Positions 10,330 through 22,959 of a DNA stretch of 64,000 bases are shown here, piece after piece. The notes under the pieces are model-generated. The model searched no databases. It saw only the letters and a list, made by a program, of their open reading frames with translations, and was not told the DNA's origin. This stretch comes from Azolla caroliniana (lineage: Eukaryota; Plantae; Polypodiophyta), in NCBI GenBank assembly GCA_043228905.1, contig JBHGNT010000001.1, forward strand, positions 9,114,001-9,178,000, given 5' to 3'. Made by a program: the position numbers and the translations under genes. Position 1 is the stretch's first letter. The number at the start of each line of letters is the position of its first letter.

Positions 10330-13300
10330 GTTCAGGAGGGGTCGTGAATGTAGCCAATTCGTCATAATCGAACTTATGGCATGGCCGACTTAACCATATG
10401 TCACAAGCTGAACTGGACCGATTGATGGCAATCGGCTACATCCTGAAGCTCCAGACAAAGACAGACTTCTGCAAGTATTGTCGTTACGGGAAACAGATCC
10501 AAAGTCCACACTGTCTCCATTATGGGACGTTATAACAACCCCTAAAACTAGTCCACACCGATATATGTGGGTCAATGCTCGAAAGATCACTAGGAGGCTC
10601 TCGATACTTCATCACGTTCGTAGATGATTGTACACGGAAGGTTTGGGCCTACTCAATTAGGTGAAAAGACGAAGCGCTCAACGCCTTCTCTCAATGGTTA
10701 GCCAAAGTGGAGAACCGATCAAAACACTGAGTGAAGACATTGCGGTCCGACAACAGAGGTGAATACTCCTCTCGAGCCTTCAAATAGTACATGTCCGAAA
10801 AAAGAATCCGGCATCAGAGAACCATTCCATACTATCCCATGCAGAACAACGTGGTGGAATGCATGAACCGGAAAATTAAGAAGAGAGTGACGACAATCCT
10901 CTATCATTTCGGACTCAAGCTAGAATTCTGGGCTGAGGCACTTCAGACAACCGTCTATTTGATAAATTCATCATCGTTGAGAGCAATGCGGCTCGAAGTG
11001 CCAGAGGCACTATGGTCTGGCAAACAACCAACCTACGATAGGCTCCGTATATTTGGATGTGAAGCCTATGCCTTCATTCCCCAGGATAAAAGAACCAAGT
11101 TGGCACCCCATGCACTTGAGTGTATATTTCTCGGTTATGGAACCGATAGGGACTTCATCTATCTGCTATGGGATCTGGAGAACTAGAAATTGATTTGGAA
11201 CAGTGACCTAGTCTTCAATGAATACTCAGTACTCTCCGACAGAGTTGAAGTAGACGGAGTCAAATTGAGCAAATCGCCCAGACTGGCTCAGTAGCCAATA
11301 GGCTGAGCAAAACCAGCCAAGGCACCAACCCCTCTATCAATCAATCCCAAAGAAGGGGAGGATGATTCACCTTTAACAAAATCCTATTGCAGGGGATGGT
11401 CATCCAAAAGGACTCGTGAAGATGGTTGAAGTAATGCCAAATAGCTGATAGTGTCGATTGAAGGATCCGAACCAATCAAGTCAGCACCCAGAAGATTCAG
11501 ACAAGTCCGAAGGCCGACAAAGTTCTATCAACCGGGCCTTGACTATGTCAATTACACGGATGCAGGTGAACCAAGCTCTTATGAGGAAGTTATAGCTCCA
11601 CTGGACGCCAACACATGACTAGAAGCCATGTGATTCGAGATGGACTCGATACATGCGAACAAGACATGGGAGTTGGTCGAATTACCAATCAGAATGAAGT
11701 TGTTGCCTTGCAAATGTATCTTCAGATACAAATATGTATCAAATTAAGAGAAGCCCAAATATAATGCTCGGCTTGCTGCCAAAGGTTTCAAACATGAAGA
11801 TGGGGTCAACTATGACGAGACCTTCTTGACGGTAGTCAAAACGACCACCCTTCAGCTCCTCCTCGGGGTCATGGTGAAGGAAGTCCAAGAGCTTCAGCAA
11901 CTTGACATTGAGACGGCCTTCCTACACAGAGATCTCAATGAAGAGATTTATATGTCTCAACCGGCAGGCTTTACGGCAATGGGGGAGCAAGGTCACCTCG
12001 TCTGCAAGCTGAAGAAGAGCCTATATGGCCTCAAGCAAGGGCCGAGAATGTGGTAATCAGAAGTTCGATGTGTACATCCGACAACTCATCTACGTCGGTC
12101 AAACTCCGACCCATGTATGTACACCTGGCAATTAAACGACAAGTCCCAGATCTACCTGATCCTATACGTTGACGACATGCTCATCATCGGCAATGATGAA
12201 GCAAAAATTGGAAAGCTAAAGTAGAGTCTTCATGAGAAATTCTCAATGAAAGAATTCGGAGAAGCCCGACACATTCTGGGCATGGGGATAGAGCAAAATC
12301 GAACGAAGAAGATCATCCGGTTCTCTCAATCCGATTACATCCGAAAGATGGTGAGGCACTTTAATATGGAGGACGTGAAGCAAGCACCGGCACCACTTCC
12401 GATGTCACATCCACTATCGGACAAAGACTCTTCATTCACAGAAGAAGAGAGAAAGCTCATGAGTCGAACATCGTACACATCCGCCATAGGAAGTCTCATG
12501 TACGCAATGGTGGAGACCCGACCCGACCTTGCATATGTCATAGAGGTTGTTAGCCCATACATGTCCAATCCCGGACGAAAGCACTAGGAAGTTGTGAAAA
12601 ACATTTTCATGTACCTATGAGGAACCGAAGATCTGCGACCAAAATCAAAGGCTTCATCGACTCTAATTAAGCCAGTAATCCCGACAATTGGAAGTTGACA
12701 TCATGTGATATATAGTCACCAATGGCGACGGTGCCATATCATGGACGTTGAAATTGGAAGAGTGCACGACCCTGTCAACCACAAAGATCGAGTACATAGC
12801 CACATTGGAAGCAGCCAAGGACGCCATTTGGTTGCACCGACCGTCGACCGAATTTTCGGCTTAAAGCCAAATTGACCATTCGGCGCCAACCATCTATTAA
12901 AACTCTCAGAGCGCAACACACCTCATTAGGAATCCGGTGAGGTACCAACATATTCGGGATCTTGTTATTGACAAGAACCTCAAAGTCCAAAGGTGGATAT
13001 CGAGGTGAACATTGTCAACAGCTTGACAAAGCCACTCCTAGATCAACGCTTCAACGCACTAAGAGGACATATGGGACTACAAGCGAGCGAGCAAAGAGGA
13101 GCCGAGTGAGGAGAAGAAGGTAAGTCGAAGAATGACACGGCCAGACAAGTTGAAAAGGCGAAGTTGAAGGAGCCAGAGAACCTGAAGGTTGTAGACATAA
13201 CTAAGTGTGAGGAGACGAAAAGCACAGGAGATGATCGAGGGTCAAATGGAACCGAAAACTGATCGACAATCCATTGGAAAGCATGAGAACCAGCACCACA

Positions 13301-13690
13301 GAGAACCAGCGGCCTAGAGTCCAAAAGCATAATCGACCATTTTCTGATTCGAACATCTCCGACTTGGCCACCAACCGGTCAACTTGTGACATATATCGTT
13401 TAAATTTAAGTTGTAGTTTAACCTTACGGGGGAGATAACCCCATATCATTGTATTTAGATGGAGTAGTCCCACTTCACCCACCTTGTATCTCTAGTGTGA
13501 ACACACAATTAAACTAACTATATAAGTGGGTAACTAATCTTGTAAAGACAAATTGGTGGCTAATGTAACATAGCTCTAAGCTTGTCCCAGTGCATAACCC
13601 TATCTTGCTTGCTACTTGTATTGTTTGCTAGACTCACTAATAGGTTCTCAATCTTCTGCAACATCAACTTAACTACTCTACACTCACTAG
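10330..13690 (+). mobile_element. Decayed Ty1/copia: GAG-pre-integrase, integrase, RT, RNase H remnants, PPT and 3' LTR-like tail
   Basis: LWHGRLNHMS (10375), EFWAEALQTTVYLIN, LRIFGCEAYAF, CKLKKSLYGLKQ, ILYVDDMLI, SAIGSLMYAMVETRPDLA. PPT ACGGGGGAG at 13425. Many stops. Confidence 0.85.
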
Positions 13691-14340
13691 CATCCACGTG
13701 AGATGGCCCCAAACCTACTCAATGCCCCATATCATCAAGGGTTGATGTGAGTCATACCTTGGGTTCCGTAAGGATCACATGTGCTTATTGCTAACAAGAG
13801 CCATAACCGCACTGACATAGTCTCAACATAAGTTCAGCTCATTGATAAGAAGGTGGCCTAGCCTTCTTATATACTTTCTGTGAAGTGGTCAAGTGATAAC
13901 ACACTTAATACTTACTCCACACCATAGATTTGAGTATTATGATTCATGCCCGCGTTCCTTTCATAATTAACCTGCACATACTCATATAAGTTTAGGGAAA
14001 ACTACAGAAAACTCATCTCTCATTACCAGCGGTAAAATATTGTTAGCCACATCATATATATGCTTACATATCATTAAGTGCTCGACTTCAGTTACTAGAA
14101 TATTCCATAATACTCATCAATGGCATCATATTATGATCCTTGACCCCTTTATAACTATAGGTGGTAAAGCTATACATTTACATCAATTCTATAATTACAA
14201 GTCCATAATATGACTGATAGAGACCTTGACATTGATGTACACGCGTCATATATGCAAAGAGAAGACCTCTTAGTAGTCATGAAAGTAAGATTGGGAGCTA
14301 GCATAAGGGACTAAATTGTTAAGATAGATTTAGGTGAGAA

Positions 14341-14342
<2 letters not shown>

Positions 14343-14381
<39 letters not shown>

Positions 14382-15209
14382 ATTATCGTCTTCGGAGGTC
14401 AAATATGACATATGAGACCAAAAATATTACATTTCACGTGATACGTGTGAAGGTGAGTAGCAACTCTCGATGTTCAAGAACTTTACCAATGAATGTTGCA
14501 ATCGAGAGTGCACATCGTGGTTGTGAGAGAAATTCGTGCAAGGATTGGGCTCGATCGAAGAGATGTGGAAAGCATGGTCGAATATGATCAAAGGCAGAGC
14601 GTTGTATCAAAGTGTTATTCTCAGACTCTTGAACTTGTTTAGGGCAAAGTGTGCATAGTCGACCAATCTCATCACTTGTGCCCCAATGCCCCGTCTCACA
14701 TCTCAATGCGTGTGAGCTAAGTTGCATGGAAGCAATGGTTCGAATGGCAGATATCGGGATGGGCTCTAACATGTATTGATGTGTATGGCTTCCCCGTTCC
14801 GTGAAGAATATGGTTTTGTAGTTAGGTGCAACATTTGTAGTATAATGTGTGAAGCGTGAGCCACCACATTTGTCCCATGTCATGATACATTGGCGTTGCA
14901 AAAAGTCCTCATTTACAGAGGAATCTAGTGACGCATCATGAAACAAGTGTCTTGCATCCCATCTACCAAACCATTTTTCTAAATATTGCATCCAACCGGA
15001 ACACAAAATTTTTCTTTTATGCGTCTTTTGGATCTTTTTGCTTGCTTCCCATGCAATTCTAGGAAGTCGATGTGAGGGGCTTTTTTGAACCTTTCGCATG
15101 TATTCAACAACCCTTTCCATGGCCATGATCTCAATGGGAAGCGATCCCGTCTCAAGGAGGAGGGTGTAGGGCGTTTGTTTCTTAACTTGTAGAAACTTTG
15201 TAAGAAACC
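14343..15209 (-). mobile_element. LINE (non-LTR retrotransposon) 3' part with C-terminal CCHC-like domain and (CT)n tail
   Basis: ORF 14434-15126 with LSSHALRCETG...CTLC...ESENN. Followed on the minus strand by a short 3' UTR and the (AG)n tract at 14343-14378. Confidence 0.8.
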
Positions 15210-16850
15210 TAGGTCATCTCGTCGCCGGCAAGGTTTATCTCACTCTCCTCGGTGATGAGCATCAACTCTTCTTCGCTTGCCGCGATTGCTGTCGTTCCCT
15301 TCCGGTCCGGCCCCCTCCGGTCTTTGTCATTCTAGTCCGGGGTTCGCTTTGAATCAGTACCGTCGGTCTCCTTATCTTTTCGGAAATGCCAACAGTTCTT
15401 TTGGAAGTGTCCCGGCTTGCCGCAATAGAAGTAAGTAGGCCTCCCCCTTGACTTTGACCGTGTCCCCGACTTCTCCCAGTTCTGGGGACTACGATTTCTA
15501 TGTCTTCCGCATTCTGATTTGGTAAGGAGCGCTTTGGAGTCAGAGCTCGTATCTTTATCTTTCCGACGCGCCTCCTCATCTAGCAAACTCGACTTTACTC
15601 TTGCTAGGGATAACCGCTTTCCTTTTGGCCCGGCGTTGCCCAAAGTGACAACCAACGTCTCCCAGCTATCCGGGAGGGAACCGAGCAGGAGTAGTGCTAG
15701 TACCTCGTCGGCGAGAGGTACTTCCAATGAAGTTGCCTAGTGGATCAACCCTTGGAAGGCATTTATGTGCTCCGCCATGCTGGAGCCATCTTGGTACCGG
15801 AGTCTTACTAGCTTCCGGAATACCGAAACCTGATTAACAGCATTTTTGTTCTGAAACATAATGTCGATCTTCTCCTAGAGCTCATGAGCCTTGCTCTCTT
15901 CATTGAAGTTGTTGTATAGGCTCATGTCGATGAAGCACCGTATGTACGCCGTTGTCTTCATGTGCATCACCTCCCATATCGCGGCGTCGATTTTGTCCGG
16001 TCTCTTGTCCCCGAACTGAACCGGCAGCCAGAGGTCTTTAACCACGAGCATGTCCCTCATCTTCAACTTCCATACCGAATAGTTGGAGCCGGTGAGCTTG
16101 AACATGCCTCCCAACGAATCGTCCATTTTCTGTGTCGTTTCGCTCTGATACCACTTGACAGGAGTTGCACACTCCCTATACGCAACGCTTGGCCACAACC
16201 AAGCTTAGAATCATACACAGAAAACGGGAAATAGATGTTCGACACAGAAAAGAGAAGAGTACACAGGATGTTTACGTGGAAAACCCAAACTAAGGGAAAA
16301 AAACCACGGCAGCCCACAGGCTGCAAACTATCACTATGTTAGAATGTACAACAATGAGTTCATGGAGGCAACAACCTCATGCTCATAATCTTCGCCACAG
16401 GCGGCAGTTACAATCAGAGGCAACGACCTCTTCCTCTCTCTCTCACTCTCTGTACACTGTTACGCACTCTGGTCTCGCGTAGACAAGAATAACAACAACA
16501 CCAGCTAAAAGTTTGCCCTAAGTCATATTTATACTAATATGACTTTTCAGCTATTTACAAATATAGCCATGATGGACTTTCAGAAACATATTTACGAATA
16601 TGTCTCTTCACCCGGTTCTCGCCGGGTCTGCACCATCCGGCTCTCCATAGCCGAGTACTCCTCATCCGGTTCTCACCGGGTCTGCACCATCCGGCTCTCC
16701 GTAGCCGAGCACTCCTCATCCGTCTTCACCGGGTCTGTACCATCCGGCTCTCCGTAGCCGGGTACTCCTCATCCGGTTTCGGCCTCGGCCGAGTTTGTTC
16801 ATCGGCACTGTTCTTCTCCCTTCCCATCCGGAGGAACCTGTCTCCCAACA
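15210..16850 (-). mobile_element. Second, truncated copy of copia family A (complete 5' LTR, PBS, gag; ends before PR)
   Basis: LTR 16156-16850 (TGTTGGGAGA...TGTCA on minus), PBS rc at 16142-16153. Gag is close to that at 2296-3206. Confidence 0.93.
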
Positions 16851-17278
16851 AATATCTCCAAGATTGCATGTGTTCTCAAATGCATAATATGCTTGCTTAC
16901 CCGCCTCTAAGCGGAGTGTAGCACATTCATTCCATTTATGATTTGAAGGAACTTCAAGGCCAAGATATTTGAAGCTTTCCACACATTCAAGTGGCTCATT
17001 GTTGTACATAATGCATGGTTTATCTCTTTTTTGACTCTTCACAAACATAATCTTTGTTTTAGAGCTATTGACACTTAATCTAGTATACATGCAAAAAAAT
17101 TCCAATGCCTTCATAAGCTTTTGTGCATTTCCTGAAGTATTTGCAAAACGCACTACATCATCCGCATATAACAAAAGCATAATCACAACATTCCCAATGG
17201 CAACTTCTTCAACACATTCTTTCTTTACAAACTTGGTAACCATTTCTTCTAATTCATCAATGCATAGACCAAATAATG
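16851..17278 (-). mobile_element. LINE RT fragment (middle)
   Basis: TLFGLCIDELEE...LLLYADDVV...LSVNSSKTKIM...ESFKYLG. Confidence 0.9.
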
Positions 17279-20200
17279 TGTTGGGATTACGGTCCCTTCG
17301 GATGGGATGGTCGGATGTCGGAGATGAATGACGACAAGCCCGGTTGCGGTTTCGGAACCGGATGATGAAGATCCCGGCTACGGAGCCGGATGACGAATGT
17401 ACCCGGAGAGAGATCCGGATGCGGGGACATATTTGTGAATATGTTTGCCAAGGGCCCTTGAGGCTATAGTTGTAAATAGCCCGAAAGTCATATGTGTATA
17501 AATATGACTTAGGGCAAACAGTTTTGACGTTGCTACTCATTTTTCTGTTTTTCCACTCAAGAGGAGTGAAGAGAGAGCAGCCGTGAGAGAGATAGAGCGT
17601 GAGAGAGGAAGAGGTCGACGCCTCTGTGTATTTCCGCCGCCTGTGGCGAGGACAGCGAGCTCAAGGTCGTCGCCTTGCAGCTCGCCATTGTATACTTCTC
17701 TGTGCATAGTTTTGGTTCGGAGTCTTGTACTCCCGTGGTTTTTCCCGTACAAGGTTTTCCACGTTAAATCGTGTGTCCACTCTATTTCTCGCATTTCCCA
17801 TCTTCTGCAACAACGATTCGTGTGTTTCCTTGGTTGTGGCCGAGAGGTGAAGTTTGGAAAGTGTCGATTAATTTTCCATCAATTTGGTATCAGAGCGAGC
17901 TGCTGCAGAAAATGGAAGGCGGCGGCAGCGGGCAGCCGGGGATGATGGTGCTGAATGCGCAGAATTACGCCGACTGGAAGATCAAGATGGAGGATCTTCT
18001 GATTGTTCGGGACCTGTACGAACCGATTGACAGGTCGGAAATACCGAAGGGAGTACTTGAGTCGGAATGGAGGCTTCTGAACCGGAAAGCCGTTGCAACC
18101 ATTCGGCAATACGTCGATGTGAGCGTTCTACAACATGTGGCGAACGACACCAACGCATATGAGATGTGGCGGAAGCTGTCGGGCCTCTACGAGAGGAAGA
18201 ATGCGTTGAACCGGACCTCCCTGATGAGGAAGATAGTGAACCTCAAGTACCGGGACGGCGAGAGTATGGTGGAACACGTAAGCACGTTCATGGGATTCGT
18301 GAACCAGCTTGCGGCGATCAAGTTCCCGTTGGAGGATGCAATGCAAGCCATCATCCTGATGTGTACATTGCCGGAAAACTGGGAGAACCTGGTGGTGACT
18401 CTCAGCACCTCCTGCACGGAAGATAACTTGTCCCTACAAACGGTAAAGACAAGTATTTTGAACGAAGAAGCGCGTCGGAGAGATAAAGAACCGGCCTCCG
18501 ATCCGAAGATGTTGTTTACCGAATCGGATCGGGGAAGACAACGGAACCGGAGTCCGCAAAGACGGGAGAAGTCGGGGACCCGGTCGCAGTCAAGAGGAAG
18601 GCCCACATGCTTCCACTGTGGGAAGCCGGGGCACTTCCGAAAGAATTGTCGGCATTACCGAAAAGACAACGGAGCCGACGACACCGATTCGAAGAAGTCT
18701 TCAGAACGGAACGGTGCTTACCGGGGAGCCACGGACCGGAATGGTTCGGATCGGCGAGGGCAGGACCGGAAAGGAACGACGGCACTCGCGGCAAGTGAAG
18801 AGGAGATCATGCTCATCACCGAAGAAGGTGAACTAAACATTGCCGGCGATGAGACGACCTGGGTGGTCGATTCCGGAGCGTCGTTCCACCTGACCCCGAA
18901 AAGAAGATACTTCTCATCCTACACAGCCGGTGAACATGGCTGTGTTCGAATGGGAAATGAAGGTACGTGCCGAATTGCCGGCATAGGAGACGTGTGGTTG
19001 ACAACCTCGACCGGATGCAAAATGCTGCTGAAGGATGTCCGACACGTTCCGGAGGTTCGATTGAACCTGATTTCGGCCGGGAGGCTAGACGATGAAGGCT
19101 ACACAGGTAGCATCCGGAACGGCGTAATGAAGTTCAGCAAGGGGAGCCTGATAGTGGCTCGGGCCCGGAAAGTCAACACACTGTACCTGATGAATGCCCG
19201 GTTATGTCCGGAAGAGCTGAATGTGGTAGCCGACACTGCCGGTGAGCTGTGGCACAAAAGACTGTGCCACATGAGTGAGAAGGGGATGAAGAGGCTTGCA
19301 GAAGACAACCTTATTCCAGTGAAGCATGTGCACCTGGAGAAGTGCACCGATTGCCTGGCCGGTAAGCAGAACCGAACCTCCTTCCACTCAAGGCCACCGA
19401 CGAGACGTAGTGTACCATTGGAGTTGGTACACACTGATGTGTGTCAGGTAGAAACGAAGTCACATGGCGGAGCCCAGTACTTCGTGACATTCATTGATGA
19501 TCACAGCCGGAAGCTGTGGACGGCACCGTTGAAGACAAAGGACCAAGTGTTGTCCGTCTTCAAAGAACTCCACGCGAGAGTGGAAAGAGAATCCGGCAAG
19601 AAGTTGAAAGCGATACGAGCGGATAACGGAGGGGAATACCGGGGGCAGTTCGCGGAGTACTGTCGCTCGAAAGGAATCCGGCTCGAGTTTACTGTGCCGA
19701 AGACGCCGGAACTGAACGGGCTGGCCGAGGGGATGAACCGGACCATAATGGAGAGGGTCCGGAGTATGTTGGCGCATGCGAAATTACCCAAGGGATTTTG
19801 GGCTGAGGCAATGTCGACGGCGACATATGTGATAAATAGATCACCCTCAGTACCCCTGGATGGAGACACGCCACAGAGAGTGTGGACCGGTAAGGAAGTG
19901 TCCTACCGGCATCTGAAGGTGTTCGGGTGTCTCGCATACGTGCATGTGGCAAAGGACCGGAGAGGAAAGCTAGATCCAAAGACTCGGCCATGCATATTCC
20001 TCGGTTACGGCGACGACGAGTTCGGCTACCGAGTATGGGACCCGGTCGACAAGAAGATATTCAGGAGTCGAGACATCATCTTCATGGAGGACAAGACACT
20101 CGCCGACTGGGAGTCGGAGAAGAAGATGAAGAGCTCCAAGTCGACCGATGAGGATCAACTCAACGAGGAGCAGTCCCGACCGGCAAGGGACCGGTTAGCA

Positions 20201-22598
20201 CTCGAGGATCCGGCCGAAGACGGTGAAGAAACAGAACCGGCCGAAGAAGATGAAAATGATACCGGAACCGGCCCCGATCCCGAAATGGATTCGGATGAAG
20301 AAGAATCAGAAGAACCGGTTACCGAAGCTCCGGAACGGAGATATCCTCTAAGAGAGAGAAGGGCCCCCCGGAGATTTCCGGAACCAGAGCACGTGCTGCT
20401 AACCGACGAGGGGGAGCCGGAGAGCTTTGAAGAAGCAAAGCATGACACCCATAGCCGCAGGTGGTTAAGTGCCATGCAGGAGGAGATGGATTCCCTGCAT
20501 GAGAACCACACATATGAACTTGTGGAGTTGCCGAAAGGAAAACGGGCACTCCGTAACAAGTGGGTGTTCAAGCTGAAACCGGGAGATGCTGGAAACCCCC
20601 CGAGATACAAAGCCAGGATCGTGGTGAAGGGGTTCCAACAGAAGAAGGGCGTCGACTTCGACGAGATATTTGCCCCGGTAGTGAAGATGACCTCTATCCG
20701 GACGGTGCTGAGCATAGCGGCAAGCATGGATCTCGAGGTAGAACAGATGGACGTGAAGACGGCATTCCTTCACGGTGACCTCGAAGAAGAGATATACATG
20801 CAGCAACCGGAAGGATTCGAGAAGAAAGAGAAGGAGCACTTGGTATGCCGGTTGAAGAAGAGCCTTTATGGTTTGAAGCAGGCTCCCCGGCAGTGGTACC
20901 GAAAGTTTGACTCCTTCATGACCGATGAAGGGTACTACAAAACGCAGTCCGACCACTGCGTGTTTGTGAAGAAGTTCGACGGAGGAGACCTTCTAATACT
21001 CCTCCTATACGTGGACGACATGTTGATCGTCGGACGGGACCAGGTCAAGATACGGATGCTGAAGAAGGCTCTTCACCGAACCTTCTCAATGAAGGACCTG
21101 GGTCCGGCGAGGCAAATACTAGGGATGCACATCATCCGGGACCGGAAGAAGAAGCAGTTGTGGCTGTCACAGGAGAAGTACGTGACAAAGGTGCTTCAAC
21201 GGTTCAACATGTCGGAAGCAAGACCAGTCGGGTCGACTCTCCCGGCAAACTGCAAGCTGTCCAACAAGCAAAGTCCCAAGACAAAGGCTGAAAAGGAGGA
21301 TATGATGAAAGTGCCGTATGCCTCAGCCGTCGGGAGCTTGATGTACGCCATGGTGTGTACGAGACCGGACATAGGATATGCAGTCGGAGTGGTGAGCCGG
21401 TACATGAGCAACCCTGGCAAAGAGCACTGGAACGCAGTCAAGTGGATACTCCGATACCTGAAGGGCACGGCAAACGAGTGCCTCCGATTCGGCTCCGGTA
21501 AGCCCGAACTTGACGGTTTTACCGATTCGGATATGTCGGCTGATGCAGATACCAGCCGGTCTACATCCGGGTATGTGATGACCTATGCAGGGGGAGCCGT
21601 TTCATGGCAGTCGAGGCTGCAGAAGACGGTTGCGTTGTCAACCACGGAGGCGGAGTACATGGCGGCTGTTGAAGCCAGCAAGGAAATAATATGGATGAAG
21701 GACTTCATTAGAGAGCTCGGTATCCAGCAGGAGGAGTACCGACTCTACTGCGACAGTCAGAGTGCCATCCACCTTGCGAAGAACGCGGCCTATCACTCCC
21801 GGACGAAGCACATCCAGCGAAGATATCACTGGATCCGGGAAAGGATAGAAGACAAGGAGTTCGTGCTGACGAAGGTCCACACGGACGAGAACGGGTCGGA
21901 TATGCTGACCAAGGTGCTCACACCCGACAAGCTAGAAGCATGCCGGAAGAGGATCGGATTGGAGAGACATCCCATGCCGAAGTGAAGGGGGAGTTTGTTG
22001 GGATTACGGTCCCTTCGGATGGGATGGTCGGATGTCGGAGATGAATGACGACAAGCCCGGTTGCGGTTTCGGAACCGGATGATGAAGATCCCGGCTACGG
22101 AGCCGGATGACGAATGTACCCGGAGAGAGATCCGGATGCAGGGACATATTTGTGAATATGTTTGCCAAGGGCCCTTGAGGCTATAGTTGTAAATAGCCCG
22201 AAAGTCATATGTGTATAAATATGACTTAGGGCAAACAGTTTTGACGTTGCTACTCATTTTTCTGTTTTTCCACTCAAGAGGAGTGAAGAGAGAGCAGCCG
22301 TGAGAGAGATAGAGCGTGAGAGAGGAAGAGGTCGACGCCTCTGTGTATTTCCGCCGCCTGTGGCGAGGACAGCGAGCTCAAGGTCGTCGCCTTGCAGCTC
22401 GCCATTGTATACTTCTCTGTGCATAGTTTTGGTTCGGAGTCTTGTACTCCCGTGGTTTTTCCCGTACAGGGTTTTCCACGTTAAATCGTGTGTCCACTCT
22501 ATTTCTCGCATTTCCCATCTTCTGCAACAACGATTCGTGTGTTTCCTTGGTTGTGGCCGAGAGGTGAAGTTTGGAAAGTGTCGATTAATTTTCCATCA
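17279..22598 (+). mobile_element. Full-length, apparently intact Ty1/copia retrotransposon
   Basis: LTRs 17279-17881 and 21996-22598 (603 bp, TG...CA). TSD TAATG at 17274-17278 and 22599-22603. PBS-Met 17885-17896, PPT GAAGGGGGAG 21984-21993, single uninterrupted gag-pol ORF. Confidence 0.98.
17912..21985 (+). CDS. Copia Gag-Pol polyprotein (Gag, zinc knuckle, PR, IN, RT, RNase H)
   Basis: ATG at 17912 after the PBS. CFHCGKPGHF, WVVDSGAS, VHTD/RADNGGE, LLYVDDML, FTDSD...STTEAEY...CDSQSAI...RTKHI. Confidence 0.95.
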   Translation: MEGGGSGQPGMMVLNAQNYADWKIKMEDLLIVRDLYEPIDRSEIPKGVLESEWRLLNRKAVATIRQYVDVSVLQHVANDTNAYEMWRKLSGLYERKNALNRTSLMRKIVNLKYRDGESMVEHVSTFMGFVNQLAAIKFPLEDAMQAIILMCTLPENWENLVVTLSTSCTEDNLSLQTVKTSILNEEARRRDKEPASDPKMLFTESDRGRQRNRSPQRREKSGTRSQSRGRPTCFHCGKPGHFRKNCRHYRKDNGADDTDSKKSSERNGAYRGATDRNGSDRRGQDRKGTTALAASEEEIMLITEEGELNIAGDETTWVVDSGASFHLTPKRRYFSSYTAGEHGCVRMGNEGTCRIAGIGDVWLTTSTGCKMLLKDVRHVPEVRLNLISAGRLDDEGYTGSIRNGVMKFSKGSLIVARARKVNTLYLMNARLCPEELNVVADTAGELWHKRLCHMSEKGMKRLAEDNLIPVKHVHLEKCTDCLAGKQNRTSFHSRPPTRRSVPLELVHTDVCQVETKSHGGAQYFVTFIDDHSRKLWTAPLKTKDQVLSVFKELHARVERESGKKLKAIRADNGGEYRGQFAEYCRSKGIRLEFTVPKTPELNGLAEGMNRTIMERVRSMLAHAKLPKGFWAEAMSTATYVINRSPSVPLDGDTPQRVWTGKEVSYRHLKVFGCLAYVHVAKDRRGKLDPKTRPCIFLGYGDDEFGYRVWDPVDKKIFRSRDIIFMEDKTLADWESEKKMKSSKSTDEDQLNEEQSRPARDRLALEDPAEDGEETEPAEEDENDTGTGPDPEMDSDEEESEEPVTEAPERRYPLRERRAPRRFPEPEHVLLTDEGEPESFEEAKHDTHSRRWLSAMQEEMDSLHENHTYELVELPKGKRALRNKWVFKLKPGDAGNPPRYKARIVVKGFQQKKGVDFDEIFAPVVKMTSIRTVLSIAASMDLEVEQMDVKTAFLHGDLEEEIYMQQPEGFEKKEKEHLVCRLKKSLYGLKQAPRQWYRKFDSFMTDEGYYKTQSDHCVFVKKFDGGDLLILLLYVDDMLIVGRDQVKIRMLKKALHRTFSMKDLGPARQILGMHIIRDRKKKQLWLSQEKYVTKVLQRFNMSEARPVGSTLPANCKLSNKQSPKTKAEKEDMMKVPYASAVGSLMYAMVCTRPDIGYAVGVVSRYMSNPGKEHWNAVKWILRYLKGTANECLRFGSGKPELDGFTDSDMSADADTSRSTSGYVMTYAGGAVSWQSRLQKTVALSTTEAEYMAAVEASKEIIWMKDFIRELGIQQEEYRLYCDSQSAIHLAKNAAYHSRTKHIQRRYHWIRERIEDKEFVLTKVHTDENGSDMLTKVLTPDKLEACRKRIGLERHPMPK

Positions 22599-22603
22599 TA
22601 ATG

Positions 22604-22947
22604 TTGGTGAGAGTGGGCATCCTTGCTTAACACCAATAATGCTATTGAAAAAATCTGAAAGTCTATCTCTCATACGCACACAACATATAACCTTATCATA
22701 TATTCGGGAAATTGCAAGCATATATTCACTTGGCACCTCAAGTTCTTCCATCCGCCTCCAAAGATGCTCACGAGGTACCATATCAAAAGCTTTCTTGAAG
22801 TCGACAAAGCAACAATATAAACCTTTGCCTCTAAGGTGACTTTCCTCCATTAATACTCGAAGAGTGACAAGATGATCAATGGTGTTATGGTGTTTTCGAA
22901 AACCAGCTTGTCCATAAGCTCTCTTACCATTTTTTTCTGCCCATAGA
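22604..22947 (-). mobile_element. LINE RT fragment (5' portion), continuous with 16851-17278 once the copia is removed
   Basis: QAGFRKHHNTIDHL, CCFVDFKKAFDMV, GVKQGCPLSPTL. Confidence 0.9.
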
Positions 22948-22959
22948 TTTACCTTTGAT

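Noticed and set aside
16716-17540. 274-aa ORF as a novel gene
   Set aside because: Chance read-through of LTR antisense + LINE RT + another LTR.
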